A DNA stretch of 64,000 nucleotides from a virus. Lineage: Duplodnaviria > Caudoviricetes. The DNA lies in IMG/VR virus record IMGVR_UViG_3300048881_000780; one strand, given 5' to 3'. Position 1 is the stretch's first letter; every line of letters starts with the position of its first letter. Positions 31,683 to 41,706 of the stretch are shown in pieces. A program made the position numbers and the translations under genes. The notes beneath the pieces are model-generated. The model had not been told where the DNA came from, searched no databases, and worked only from the letters and a program-made list of their open reading frames with translations.

Positions 31683-33498
31683 ATATCGTTAAATTGAAGT
31701 CCTCTAGAATCTCTTTATACCATGGTTGAAAAGATGCCCAACGATAGTATTGTGGTAGTTCTTTAAACCAGTGGGAAATAGATTGTATCTCTTTTTTAGA
31801 CAATAGGAACTCTAGATGCTTTCTGTTTTTTACAATATATTTTGATTCAATGTGATACTCAGTTATTAAAATATCAGTAACTTTTAAACTACGTGCTCTA
31901 TTATATGTTTTTGGGCTGGTTGATGCCCACTCACTGACTGTAATGTACTTATATTTTTCTAAATGATTTCTAATTTCATTTATTTGTAGTTGCCTTTTGT
32001 TTTCCTTAATTGTTTTTTTTATTTCTTGTAAAAATCCGTTATCAATGGAATATTTGTAACTACTAGGACAATTAGATCTCCATTCTTTAGTGCTACTAAA
32101 TTTATTAACTATCACAGATAACTTTATTTTACTTTCCATTTCCTTTGGAGATCTAGATATAAGCTTTCTTGAGTCGTTAAATAGCTTGGTTATTTTTTCT
32201 TCGATACAATTAATTGAATCTTTAATGTATATCTTACTAACACATTTTTTTAAATCATTTATTGTTTCGTATTGAGATATATTTAATTCATCTATAAGAT
32301 TCCTGATGAATAAATTTTTCTTATTTTCTTCAATTTTATCTTTAACTTCCTGAGCCCACGTTTGCCTCAAAGAATATTTGTAAGATTTATAAGACAGTTC
32401 GGACCATTGCTTACTTGAAGTAATTTTATTTTCTTCTATAAATTTTAAAACTTCCTCTTTGTTAACTGAAAACTTCTTAATTCTTAGGTTGTGAAGACTA
32501 ACTACCTCCTCATACCATCCTTGTTTTCTCGCCCACCGAACTGATGATTCATCCTCTCTTTCCCACTCTCCAATACAAGAGAACATATTTTTATTTAATA
32601 TTCTTTCGATTTGCTCTCTAGATCTCTTTTCTTTTTTTAAATTAAATTCATCCAACACTTCCTCAAACCAATCTTTTTTAGATGCCCATAAATATGAGTT
32701 GCTATCTTTCCTTTTCCACTCTGTGATACTTGCAAAACTTTCATTAGTTAAAAGATTGATAATATCATCTTTAGTTCTGTTTAAGTTTCTCGTCTTGAGT
32801 CCAAACTTGCTTGCTACATCAGTGTGCCAACTTTGAGATACTGAAAAATAGTAACTCTCTTGCTCTTGAATTTGCCACTCTGAAGTTTTCTGGAATTTAT
32901 TTTTCTTTAAAATTTCCTCAATTTCTTGTCTGGTGAACTGTCTCTTATACGAGACTTTATTTCCTGTTGTCTTTAAATTATATCTATTTGCTACTTTGTG
33001 GTACCAAGATTGACTTCTTGCCCATCTAAGTGATGTGATATCTTTTTTCTCCCACTCTCCAATGCAAGAGAACTTATTTTTCTTTAAAATTTCTTCAATT
33101 TCTTGTCTGGTGAACTGTCTCTTATACGAGACTTTATTTCCTGTTGTCTTTAAATTATATCTTTTTGCTACTTTGTGGTACCAAGATTGACCTCTTGCCC
33201 ATCTAAGTGAAGCAATATCTTTTTTTTCCCATTCCCTAATACAAGAGAACTTATTCTTCTTTAAAAGTTCTTCAACGTCAAAACGGGTTAACTGTCTCTT
33301 GTAGGATATCTTATTTTCTCTTGTTCTTATATTATATTTAGTTGCAACTTCGTTGTACCAAGATTGACTACGTGCCCACATGTTAGAGGCGCAACTATAT
33401 CTACGCCACTCGACGACTGTGCTGAATCTCATTTCACGAAGCAGTTTTTCGATACCTTTTCTAGTTTTATTAAATTTATTTCTTTGATGTTTTTTCAT
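31681..33498 (-). CDS. Trp-rich tandem repeat protein
   Basis: Roughly ten F-S-x-x-EW...WA...W repeats of ~50-59 aa. Confidence 0.8.
   Translation of the reverse strand: MKKHQRNKFNKTRKGIEKLLREMRFSTVVEWRRYSCASNMWARSQSWYNEVATKYNIRTRENKISYKRQLTRFDVEELLKKNKFSCIREWEKKDIASLRWARGQSWYHKVAKRYNLKTTGNKVSYKRQFTRQEIEEILKKNKFSCIGEWEKKDITSLRWARSQSWYHKVANRYNLKTTGNKVSYKRQFTRQEIEEILKKNKFQKTSEWQIQEQESYYFSVSQSWHTDVASKFGLKTRNLNRTKDDIINLLTNESFASITEWKRKDSNSYLWASKKDWFEEVLDEFNLKKEKRSREQIERILNKNMFSCIGEWEREDESSVRWARKQGWYEEVVSLHNLRIKKFSVNKEEVLKFIEENKITSSKQWSELSYKSYKYSLRQTWAQEVKDKIEENKKNLFIRNLIDELNISQYETINDLKKCVSKIYIKDSINCIEEKITKLFNDSRKLISRSPKEMESKIKLSVIVNKFSSTKEWRSNCPSSYKYSIDNGFLQEIKKTIKENKRQLQINEIRNHLEKYKYITVSEWASTSPKTYNRARSLKVTDILITEYHIESKYIVKNRKHLEFLLSKKEIQSISHWFKELPQYYRWASFQPWYKEILEDFNLTI
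32896..33370. repeat. 177-bp intragenic tandem repeat (about 2.5 copies)
   Basis: TCTTGTCTGGTGAACTG at 32924 and 33101. Confidence 0.8.
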
Positions 33499-33556
33499 GA
33501 CTTATATCTTAAGCTATATCAACAACTAACACAAGATGTTAACTTATTGATTCTAA

Positions 33557-33907
33557 CTAGCACACTGAGTAAAGTTTAATGTACTTTGCTGGTATGTGAT
33601 CATATTGAATAGTCTCGTAAGATTCATGATCTTCCTTGTTGAACAACTTTGAGACTGGGAGTGAAATCTTTAATATTGCAACTTTAGAACCTTCCCCATA
33701 GTCTTCATCGAATTCCTCACCTAGCCAGTTCATTAAGGCGTTATTACAATCGTCTAGTGAATTAAAGAGGTATATCGCTGGAGTCTTTTCTTCGATCTTC
33801 TGTGATCTCGTTCCAATTTTTGGTTCAAGCCCCTTACTTAAAATTGAATATAGATTATCTAATGGTGTCACATGTAAGAAGACTTCAATATCATTATCTA
33901 AGTTCAT
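33557..33907 (-). CDS. putative ADP-ribosyltransferase-fold protein (Tpt1/DarT-like N-terminus)
   Basis: FLHVTPLDNLYSILSKGL, AIYLF, YE..HIPAKYI. Confidence 0.55.
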   Translation of the reverse strand: MNLDNDIEVFLHVTPLDNLYSILSKGLEPKIGTRSQKIEEKTPAIYLFNSLDDCNNALMNWLGEEFDEDYGEGSKVAILKISLPVSKLFNKEDHESYETIQYDHIPAKYIKLYSVC

Positions 33908-34256
33908 ATTTTCCAGTATAATTATGCTTAGAAATGAAGGTTATAATTTCTCTTTTGAAATTTCCCATGTCTGCGCGAGATCCCTTTTGTAGTTTATCTA
34001 GAATTTTTGACAACTTTTGATCTAATGAAACTTCACCACAGTACCTAACAAAACCATCTTTATCGCTTACCTCAAAGAACTCTATACTTTCTCCACTATC
34101 TGAGAATCTGATTTCGCGAGTTAGCTCAATAATCTTGTCTTTAACGGCCTTCTTTGTTTTTTTCAATTTTTCATCTGTTTTAGTCGAAAAGTGTAAACCA
34201 AAGAGATTAAACGTATAATTATATGTAATTTCTTTTTCCTCAGTTATAAAACTCAT
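33894..34256 (-). CDS. hypothetical protein
   Basis: Operonic ORF. Confidence 0.6.
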   Translation of the reverse strand: MSFITEEKEITYNYTFNLFGLHFSTKTDEKLKKTKKAVKDKIIELTREIRFSDSGESIEFFEVSDKDGFVRYCGEVSLDQKLSKILDKLQKGSRADMGNFKREIITFISKHNYTGKYELR

Positions 34257-34447
34257 TCTGACTTCCCTCTTTTAGATGTACTAACTAGCTTTATAGCTCC
34301 TTTTGCTAGTCTTCTACCATCCTCTTTTCCTTTTTCAAACCCCTCAAACATAGGAGCAAGAGTAAAGCCTAAAATGGCGCCAATTAGATAAAATGGCGTA
34401 AAAACTATAATTAAAATAATGTGCAGAATTAATTTAAGTATTTTCAT
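34253..34447 (-). CDS. small membrane protein
   Basis: Hydrophobic N-terminus. Confidence 0.55.
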   Translation of the reverse strand: MKILKLILHIILIIVFTPFYLIGAILGFTLAPMFEGFEKGKEDGRRLAKGAIKLVSTSKRGKSE

Positions 34448-34878
34448 TAGGCAACCTTCTCTTTTCTTTGATCGCGCAATCTCTTTAATCTTAGTAGCCT
34501 TTCTCTTCCTCTTTCAGATATGTATTTAACTCTCTTTGTGAAAGTTGAATCACTTGGGTGAGAGACAACTTTAGACTGAGTACAGTATTTAAGTCCAGCT
34601 AGACGATCATGAGAGAATCTCAAGCATCTAGTTCTATAGATAGTGGTCTTTTTTTCAAATTCTTCATATGAGGTCATTTTTGAAAGATTTTCAAGCAGTA
34701 CTAACTCTTTTGCACAGAGGTCTTCTTTGGCCTTTTTTCTCATTAAGTTCGAGAGTTTTTTAAGATCATTTAACCTCTTTACTCTTCTATCTTCAAATTG
34801 TGCTCTTAGGCCTCTGGAACCCTTTCTTCGACTGATGACGTTATCTTGAAAGCGATTTCCTCTTTTTGTTTTAGACAT
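34447..34878 (-). CDS. highly basic hypothetical protein
   Basis: AAGGAGG RBS; Arg/Lys-rich. Confidence 0.65.
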   Translation of the reverse strand: MSKTKRGNRFQDNVISRRKGSRGLRAQFEDRRVKRLNDLKKLSNLMRKKAKEDLCAKELVLLENLSKMTSYEEFEKKTTIYRTRCLRFSHDRLAGLKYCTQSKVVSHPSDSTFTKRVKYISERGRERLLRLKRLRDQRKEKVA

Positions 34879-34980
34879 AAGACCTCCTTAAATCAGTGTA
34901 CAGATATTAACACAACTTGTCAAGATTTAAATTGACACATGGCAGCAAATATAGTAAAATTTAATTATCAAGGGGAATTC

Positions 34981-36690
34981 ATGTATAGAATAGAATCAAG
35001 TTTAGAAAAAGTTGGAAAAATTACTTCTGCTAAATATAACTTAATAGTTCATTTTGAAGGCAATGATGCCTATACGAATGGTAAAGAAATATATATTCCC
35101 TATTTGGAAAATCTAACTAAAGAGAATAAAATCCTTTTAAATGGTTATATGGACCATGAAGTCGCTCACTGCTTATTTACAGACTTCTCTTGTTTAAAAG
35201 ATTGTCTCAATGAATTTCACCACAAATTACTAAATATGGTTGAGGACGTTAGAATCGAGAGACTAATGATCTATAAATACCCAGGGTGTCGTTATTTTAT
35301 CGGAAAAATGAATGAGATTCTTCAAGATAGAACTGCTAAATCTTGGGATAAAGTACCATGGCCATTTCAATTTATTTGGAATGTTGGGTTATACATGCAG
35401 GGAATTGATTATTTAGATACAACTAATTGCCAAGAATATCTAGATTTAGTTCAAGATGAATTAGCAATGTTAAATAGTGCAACTAGTACTTCTGAGTTGT
35501 TACAGATTACTAAAGCAATGACTGATAAGATTTTAGAAGATTTACCTGAAGAAAACAAACTTCCTCATAAGCCTGGGAAATCTGAGGTTGCTTACAATGA
35601 GAGAATGGAGAGAGAATCTGAAGGTGACAAAGTTGAAAATAATAGCGGTCAGAAAGGTCAAAAAAGCTCTCAAAACGGCAAAGGACAAGAAGAGAAAGAA
35701 GGGTATCAGTTACCATCGGCCCACACTTTAATTAAAGAGGCAATAGAAGAAGAAATAGAGAGAGAATCTACTTCTAACATGAATATTGTTAATGATCACT
35801 CTCTAAAATCAAGACAAAGAATTATTGCATCAACGACAAGATTTGACATTGAGACAAATTACTCTAATAAAGGTAATTCTAGTCAATACTCCACTTTTAA
35901 ATCAAAGGTTCAACCTATGATTTCTAAAATTAGAAGGGATTTTGAGAGAGTTTTAAAAGTTAAGGAGAATTCTCACTGGAAGATAGAGAGAGAACGTGGA
36001 GTTTTAAATAATCGCTCACTATCTAGGTTAATCACTGATGGTGGATATAGAACTCCATTTAAACAAAAGTTTAAAAATGACACAACTAATGTAGCGGTAC
36101 AAATTTTAATTGATCAGTCTGGTTCTATGGGTGGTTCAAGAATTGAAACCGCAAAGCTATGTGCTGTGGCCATGGGAGAGGCATTAAATGACCTTGGCAT
36201 CTCTTTTGAAATTACAGGTTTTTCTAGTCAAGGCTGTAGTAAATTAATTAGCTATACCTCTCAAGTTAAGAATAACAAGAGATTTTCAAGAACTAGAGAG
36301 GCCTTGATTTTAGATATCTTTAAAGATTTTCAAACAAGTAATTTAAATGGGATTACTCGTCTATCTTCAAAGGCCATGAACCCCGATGGGGAATGTGTTA
36401 TTTGGGCCTCAAAGAGATTATTAAAGAGAAAAGAAAAAAGAAAGATATTATTTGTTCTAAGTGATGGCCAGCCAGCTACAGGTGAGAACGATTCTGCGGT
36501 TTTATGCAATGATCTAAAGCTTGCTCTAGATGTAGTAAAAAAAGAGGGAATTGAGACTATTGGGCTAGGTATTGAAAGTGATGCTGTTTCTAAGTTTTAT
36601 AAGGATTTTATTGTTATAAATAAATTAGAAGAGCTACCAAGGAGGGCATTAAAAAAGATGACAGATATTCTACTTAGAGAGGTCGCCTAA
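34981..36690 (+). CDS. CobT-like VWA domain protein
   Basis: N-terminal HEVAH motif; MIDAS DQSGSM; LSDGQP. Confidence 0.88.
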   Translation: MYRIESSLEKVGKITSAKYNLIVHFEGNDAYTNGKEIYIPYLENLTKENKILLNGYMDHEVAHCLFTDFSCLKDCLNEFHHKLLNMVEDVRIERLMIYKYPGCRYFIGKMNEILQDRTAKSWDKVPWPFQFIWNVGLYMQGIDYLDTTNCQEYLDLVQDELAMLNSATSTSELLQITKAMTDKILEDLPEENKLPHKPGKSEVAYNERMERESEGDKVENNSGQKGQKSSQNGKGQEEKEGYQLPSAHTLIKEAIEEEIERESTSNMNIVNDHSLKSRQRIIASTTRFDIETNYSNKGNSSQYSTFKSKVQPMISKIRRDFERVLKVKENSHWKIERERGVLNNRSLSRLITDGGYRTPFKQKFKNDTTNVAVQILIDQSGSMGGSRIETAKLCAVAMGEALNDLGISFEITGFSSQGCSKLISYTSQVKNNKRFSRTREALILDIFKDFQTSNLNGITRLSSKAMNPDGECVIWASKRLLKRKEKRKILFVLSDGQPATGENDSAVLCNDLKLALDVVKKEGIETIGLGIESDAVSKFYKDFIVINKLEELPRRALKKMTDILLREVA

Positions 36691-36881
36691 TGAATGGTCT
36701 ACAGGCCAAGGGCCTTAGTTTCTATATCTGCTTTGGTAAGTATGGTGGATTTTCATGTATTAATGACAAGGTGTCTGTTCGAGTCGTTATGGGTTTCATA
36801 TCTATTGGTGTTTTTAAAAATGATATCGAAGAAACTCTATCAAATTGTCTAGAAAGGATTTCAGAACTTAAGGATAATTAA
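36690..36881 (+). CDS. hypothetical protein
   Basis: Coupled to VWA gene stop. Confidence 0.55.
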   Translation: MNGLQAKGLSFYICFGKYGGFSCINDKVSVRVVMGFISIGVFKNDIEETLSNCLERISELKDN

Positions 36882-36883
36882 CA

Positions 36884-37768
36884 ATGAATAGACCTTTTGA
36901 GTTCGTGATTGATAATAGGTTTACAAACGAAGATACTTTTGAACTATACTTATTTGAAGATATTAATTATGACTTCTCTATTGATTGGGGCGATGGATCT
37001 ATTTCCTCAATAAGTAATAATGACAAAAGCTGTTCCCACGTCTATAAAAATAAAAAAAAATATACTATTAAAATTTGGGGAAATGTAGAGGTCCTACATT
37101 TTTCTTGGAAATCTAAAAAACAAATAGTATACGTTTTAGACTTAGGTGATTGTAACTGGAAATCTTTAAATGCCATGTTTCTTTCATGTTCAAATCTTAT
37201 ATCATTTCGTGGAGGGGTTACCTCAAGTGTTGCGGATATGAGTCGAATGTTTTACAGATGTTCTTCATTACATGATTTAGATTTAAGTAGCTTTAATACT
37301 TCTAATGTGACCAATATAAATTCAATGTTCAGTGGTTGTACATCTCTAGAGAATTTAAATCTATTAAATTTTAATACATCAAATGTATTAACTATGAGTT
37401 TTGTTTTTAATAAATGTTCTTCTTTGTTGAATTTAGATTTAAGTAGTTTTAATACATCCAAGGTGACTAGCATGGATTTAATGTTTAATAGATGTACATC
37501 TTTAGATAATTTAAATCTATCTAGCTTCAATACTTTAAATGTTAGTGATATGACAGGTATGTTTAGACGTACTTTTTCAATAAAGTACCTAGATCTAACT
37601 AACTTTTGCTTTAACTCTCCAAAAATTCAAAACTTTTGTAAACTTGGCCCTAAAAAAATAATCGTCAAAAGACCATATAAGAAGAAGTATTTTAAGAAAG
37701 ATGAGAATGTATTCTCTAGTTCTATAGATATTTCTAGTAACTTATGGATAAATTCACTGACCGACTAA
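36884..37768 (+). CDS. PKD + DUF285-type LRR protein
   Basis: IDWGDG, LGDCNW, 26-aa repeats; ends NLWINSLTD. Confidence 0.92.
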   Translation: MNRPFEFVIDNRFTNEDTFELYLFEDINYDFSIDWGDGSISSISNNDKSCSHVYKNKKKYTIKIWGNVEVLHFSWKSKKQIVYVLDLGDCNWKSLNAMFLSCSNLISFRGGVTSSVADMSRMFYRCSSLHDLDLSSFNTSNVTNINSMFSGCTSLENLNLLNFNTSNVLTMSFVFNKCSSLLNLDLSSFNTSKVTSMDLMFNRCTSLDNLNLSSFNTLNVSDMTGMFRRTFSIKYLDLTNFCFNSPKIQNFCKLGPKKIIVKRPYKKKYFKKDENVFSSSIDISSNLWINSLTD

Positions 37769-37822
37769 AAAACCTATTTACACTCATAACGCTTCGTGTT
37801 AAAATATTAACAAGGAGTTTCT

Positions 37823-38755
37823 ATGACAAAAAAAGCATCACCTAATAAGGTAAAAAGCACAAAAACATTTAAAATTGGAGAAGTTGAACTTCCTGTTAGA
37901 GAGGGGGATTCTACTTTTGTTCCAAAGATTAATGAGGCATTTTACTTCACAGAAGTATCGCATTGTATTGCTCAAGATATTGTTGAAAATAAGAGAGTTC
38001 TATTAACTGGTCACTGTGGAACAGGAAAGACCTCTAATCCACAGCAGATTGCTGCGAGGATTAATCAACCTGTTACTAGGATCAATTTAAATGGTCAGGC
38101 CACAATTGGTGACCTTGTAGGGTTTTGGTCTGTAAAAGGTGGTGAAACTGTTTGGATTGATGGTGCGCTCCCGATGGCAATGAAAGAGGGACACTGGTTA
38201 ATTTTAGATGAAATTGACTTCGCAGAACCAGCAATTCTCTCAATTTTAAATGGCGTACTTGAAAAAGATGCACCACTAGTTTTAAAAGAAAAAGGAACTG
38301 AGATTGTAAGACCTCATAAAGATTTTAGAATTTTTGCTACGGCCAATACCGTTGGTGTTATGCAAGAGTTTAGATTCCTATATCAGGGAGCAAATATCTT
38401 AAATGAGGCATTTATAGATAGATGGAGAATCTACTTTGTAGATTACCTAGAACCTGATCAGGAAGTAGATGTCCTGATTAAGACTCTAGGACTAGAAGAG
38501 AAGAGAGATAAGGTAGAAAAGGGTATTAGAAGTGCCGTAGAGGTCGCTAATATGGCCAGAAGAGCTTTTGAAGAAGAAACTCTATCATGTACCTTTTCTA
38601 TGCGAAAACTGACTGATTGGGTCGAATTAATGTTTAAATATAAGGATCCAATTAAGGCCTGTAATATGGCCATTAAAAGTAAAGTCAGTCGCGTTGATGG
38701 AGATGCCATTTCTTCGATCATTCAGCGTGTATTAGAAGATTGTGAACAAGATTAA
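37823..38755 (+). CDS. CobS/CbbQ-like MoxR-type AAA+ ATPase
   Basis: Walker A GHCGTGKT, Walker B LILDEID, FRIFATAN, AFIDRW. Confidence 0.92.
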   Translation: MTKKASPNKVKSTKTFKIGEVELPVREGDSTFVPKINEAFYFTEVSHCIAQDIVENKRVLLTGHCGTGKTSNPQQIAARINQPVTRINLNGQATIGDLVGFWSVKGGETVWIDGALPMAMKEGHWLILDEIDFAEPAILSILNGVLEKDAPLVLKEKGTEIVRPHKDFRIFATANTVGVMQEFRFLYQGANILNEAFIDRWRIYFVDYLEPDQEVDVLIKTLGLEEKRDKVEKGIRSAVEVANMARRAFEEETLSCTFSMRKLTDWVELMFKYKDPIKACNMAIKSKVSRVDGDAISSIIQRVLEDCEQD

Positions 38756-38790
38756 ATTTCCCCTCAGTGGGAAAGAAACCCCTTAAGTAG

Positions 38791-38822
38791 AGGGTCTGGC
38801 ATTACGTCAGGCCCTTTATTTT
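38791..38822 (+). terminator. intrinsic terminator
   Basis: AGGGTCTGGC/GTCAGGCCCT stem followed by T-rich tail. Confidence 0.6.
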
Positions 38823-38835
38823 AAAGAGTTTATAT

Positions 38836-40263
38836 ATGACAACTAGACCTTTCAAATTCAAAATTAAAGTAAATAGAGATGAGATATTCGCATTTAATTT
38901 ATCAAAAGAAGAAGTATCATATGACTTCACTATTGATTGGGGTGATGGGGTTAAAGGCTCTGTAAATAGTAAATCCTGCAAGTGTGAACATACCTATAAA
39001 AAGGGTGGCGAATTTACTATTACAATTAATGGTAATGTAGAGTCTATAAACTTCGAGAATGAGTCAAAAAGGCTGATTATAGAAGTTCTAGATTTAGGCG
39101 ATTGCAACTGGAAGAGTCTTTATTTTATGTTTGGCAATTGTTCTAACTTGACCTCATTTTCTGGTGGAATAACTAATCGAGTTGTAGATATGGCCTGTAT
39201 GTTTTACGAGGCTAGCTCTCTTAAGAGATTAGATTTATCAAGCTTTGACACCTCTAATACTCGGGATATGCAATCTATGTTTGCAGAAATCAGCTCTTTA
39301 GAGGAATTAGATATATCAAATTTTGAAACATCTAATGTGACGGATATGCGCTTTATGTTTTCAGGAGCTACCTCTCTTGAAAAATTAGATCTATCCAGTT
39401 TTGATACTTCTAAAGTAACAGATATGAGAAACATGTTTAATAGAGCTAACTCTCTAGTAAATTTAGATTTATCCAGCTTTGATACTTCTAATGTTAGAAA
39501 TATGAGCTATATGTTTAATGAATCTAGCTCACTTAAGGATTTAAATTTATCAAATTTTAATACATCTAAAGTCACGGATATGAGTCATATGTTCTATGGA
39601 TCGTGTTCATTTAAGAATTTGAATATATCAAATTTTAATACCTCTAAAGTTCAAGATATGAGTCATATGTTCTATGAAGTTAGCTCTCTAGTGGATCTAG
39701 ATTTATCCAGTTTTGACACTTCTAATGTTATAAACATGAGCTACATGTTTAGTGGAGCTACAGATTTAATAAATCTAGATATATCAAGTTTTGAAACCAC
39801 TGAAGTTGAATATATGAAATGTATGTTCCATGGAGCTAGCTCTATAGTAAGCTTAGATTTATCAAGTTTTAATACATCTAAAGTGACGAATATGAGTTAT
39901 ATGTTCTGCTACACTACCTCTTTAAGAAATTTAGATATAACTGGTTTTAGTACTTTTGAGGTAAAAGATATGAGCTTTATGTTTCATGGAGCAAGTTCTC
40001 TAGTGAATTTAGATTTATCAAATTTTGATACTTTTAATGTTTCTGACATGTCTAGTATGCTCGCTGGTGCGACATCTATTTCAAGTTTAGATTTAACAAA
40101 TTTTAACTTTGATGAAGTTGATGTGAATATGTTTGAGCTTAATGGTCCTCTAGAAATTATCGTTAAGAAGAAATTTAAAGAAAAATATTTTAAAGATAGC
40201 GAGAACGTAATATTTAAAACACTTAATTTAGTGTCCAACTCATGGATAGATGCTATTTCTTAA
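38836..40263 (+). CDS. PKD + DUF285-type LRR protein (longest repeat array)
   Basis: About 12 26-aa repeats; ends NSWIDAIS. Confidence 0.93.
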   Translation: MTTRPFKFKIKVNRDEIFAFNLSKEEVSYDFTIDWGDGVKGSVNSKSCKCEHTYKKGGEFTITINGNVESINFENESKRLIIEVLDLGDCNWKSLYFMFGNCSNLTSFSGGITNRVVDMACMFYEASSLKRLDLSSFDTSNTRDMQSMFAEISSLEELDISNFETSNVTDMRFMFSGATSLEKLDLSSFDTSKVTDMRNMFNRANSLVNLDLSSFDTSNVRNMSYMFNESSSLKDLNLSNFNTSKVTDMSHMFYGSCSFKNLNISNFNTSKVQDMSHMFYEVSSLVDLDLSSFDTSNVINMSYMFSGATDLINLDISSFETTEVEYMKCMFHGASSIVSLDLSSFNTSKVTNMSYMFCYTTSLRNLDITGFSTFEVKDMSFMFHGASSLVNLDLSNFDTFNVSDMSSMLAGATSISSLDLTNFNFDEVDVNMFELNGPLEIIVKKKFKEKYFKDSENVIFKTLNLVSNSWIDAIS

Positions 40264-40284
40264 TTTAACAACCAGGGAGATTAT

Positions 40285-40554
40285 GTGGAAAAGGAAATTC
40301 TAGTTTGGGAAGATAAGACTTATGATCAAATACCTCTTCAAGATAACCCAGCCACATGCTCTGTGGATGAATATGGAAGAATAGAATGTTTTATAATTTG
40401 TCTATCCGACTCGAAATTAGTGAAGCCAATGGTTGCACTCTATAAAGTTAATAATTTTAAAAGTGATAAGGTTACGGTCGTTAAGACTTTTCACGATTTC
40501 GAGTACGCTCTTTCTTGGGCAAAGGTCTTAAATTTTGAGGAGTCGAATAAGTAA
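40285..40554 (+). CDS. hypothetical protein
   Basis: GGGAG RBS. Confidence 0.6.
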   Translation: MEKEILVWEDKTYDQIPLQDNPATCSVDEYGRIECFIICLSDSKLVKPMVALYKVNNFKSDKVTVVKTFHDFEYALSWAKVLNFEESNK

Positions 40555-41051
40555 TGGACTTTTTAAAGAAGCTTGAATTTTTAATTACTCAAAATAAAGA
40601 GAATTTACTCGATTCACATTTGAAGTATGGAGGAGTTCGAGTGACCTGTATTTCACTATCAAATGACAAGAGTTCAATAGAAGTGGAGCTAGATACTGGA
40701 TCACTAGCTTTTTCTCTAGAAGTTGATCACGAAAGTTGTTTTGAGTGTGGAAATAGTGAATTTCATGCAACTCAAGAATACCGAGTAAATATCATTGTTA
40801 ATCAGAACGGAGAGTTTTTAAGAAATAGATTTAATGATATGGAGCGATCTCTAGAAGATGCTGATGTACCCAAGGGTCCATTTAGTTGTACAAAGTGCAG
40901 TAAACAATATAGTGAAATAAAAGATGGCGCCATATTAGATAGGATGATTGAAATTACTGAAGAGAAGCTACGAGAACTAGGAGTAGGCCTCTTTAATAGT
41001 TATGATAAATTTGAAGAAGCGGTATTTAACCATGAACAAAGTAACAACTAA
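40554..41051 (+). CDS. hypothetical protein with Zn-ribbon
   Basis: CFECG and CTKC pairs. Confidence 0.65.
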   Translation: MDFLKKLEFLITQNKENLLDSHLKYGGVRVTCISLSNDKSSIEVELDTGSLAFSLEVDHESCFECGNSEFHATQEYRVNIIVNQNGEFLRNRFNDMERSLEDADVPKGPFSCTKCSKQYSEIKDGAILDRMIEITEEKLRELGVGLFNSYDKFEEAVFNHEQSNN

Positions 41052-41691
41052 GCATACCTCTTTTGAGTTTGAAGTAAATTTATCTAGTGGTAATTTCGTT
41101 ATGTTTCATGTAGATCGAAACTTTGATTTCAAATTTAATGTTGATTGGGGTGATGGTAAGCGTAATTATTATCACCGTGAAAAAGACGCTAGTACTATAA
41201 GTCATAAGTATAGAAATAGTGGATGCTATAAAGTTAAAATATCTGGAGATATCTACAAACTTAGGTTCGGAGTAAGAACTAAGGGTTTTATAACTAGAGT
41301 TTTCAATTTAGGTGATTGTGAGTGGATTGATACATCTTCAATGTTTGAAAATTGTGAAAAACTAATGAGTTTCGCTGGTGGCGCAACTGATGAGGTGACT
41401 GATATGTCTGCAATGTTTGCTGGTTGCTTTAGTCTAGTATTATTAGACTTGAGTACTTTTAATACATCAAACGTAGTATCAATGGACAGGATGCTGGAAA
41501 AGGTTTCCTTTACTCCCCCATTAGATCTCACTTCATTTGATTTTTCTAAGTCATCATTAGATAGATTTCTATATCTTGGTCCAGGAAAAGTGTTTGTCAG
41601 TAAAGTAGTAAAAAATAAGTATTTTAAAGGAATTGATGCCGTTAAATATAAGACAGGCACCAATTCATGGATAGAATCATTAAGTAATTAA
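41032..41691 (+). CDS. PKD + short DUF285-type LRR protein
   Basis: VDWGDG, LGDCEW; ends NSWIESLSN. Confidence 0.88.
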   Translation: MNKVTTKHTSFEFEVNLSSGNFVMFHVDRNFDFKFNVDWGDGKRNYYHREKDASTISHKYRNSGCYKVKISGDIYKLRFGVRTKGFITRVFNLGDCEWIDTSSMFENCEKLMSFAGGATDEVTDMSAMFAGCFSLVLLDLSTFNTSNVVSMDRMLEKVSFTPPLDLTSFDFSKSSLDRFLYLGPGKVFVSKVVKNKYFKGIDAVKYKTGTNSWIESLSN

Positions 41692-41706
41692 TTTAGAACA
41701 CTCACA

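Noticed and set aside
34981-38755. Cobalamin biosynthesis (cobST)
   Set aside because: No cobN or other cob genes in the window; a generic AAA+/VWA pair is the safer call.
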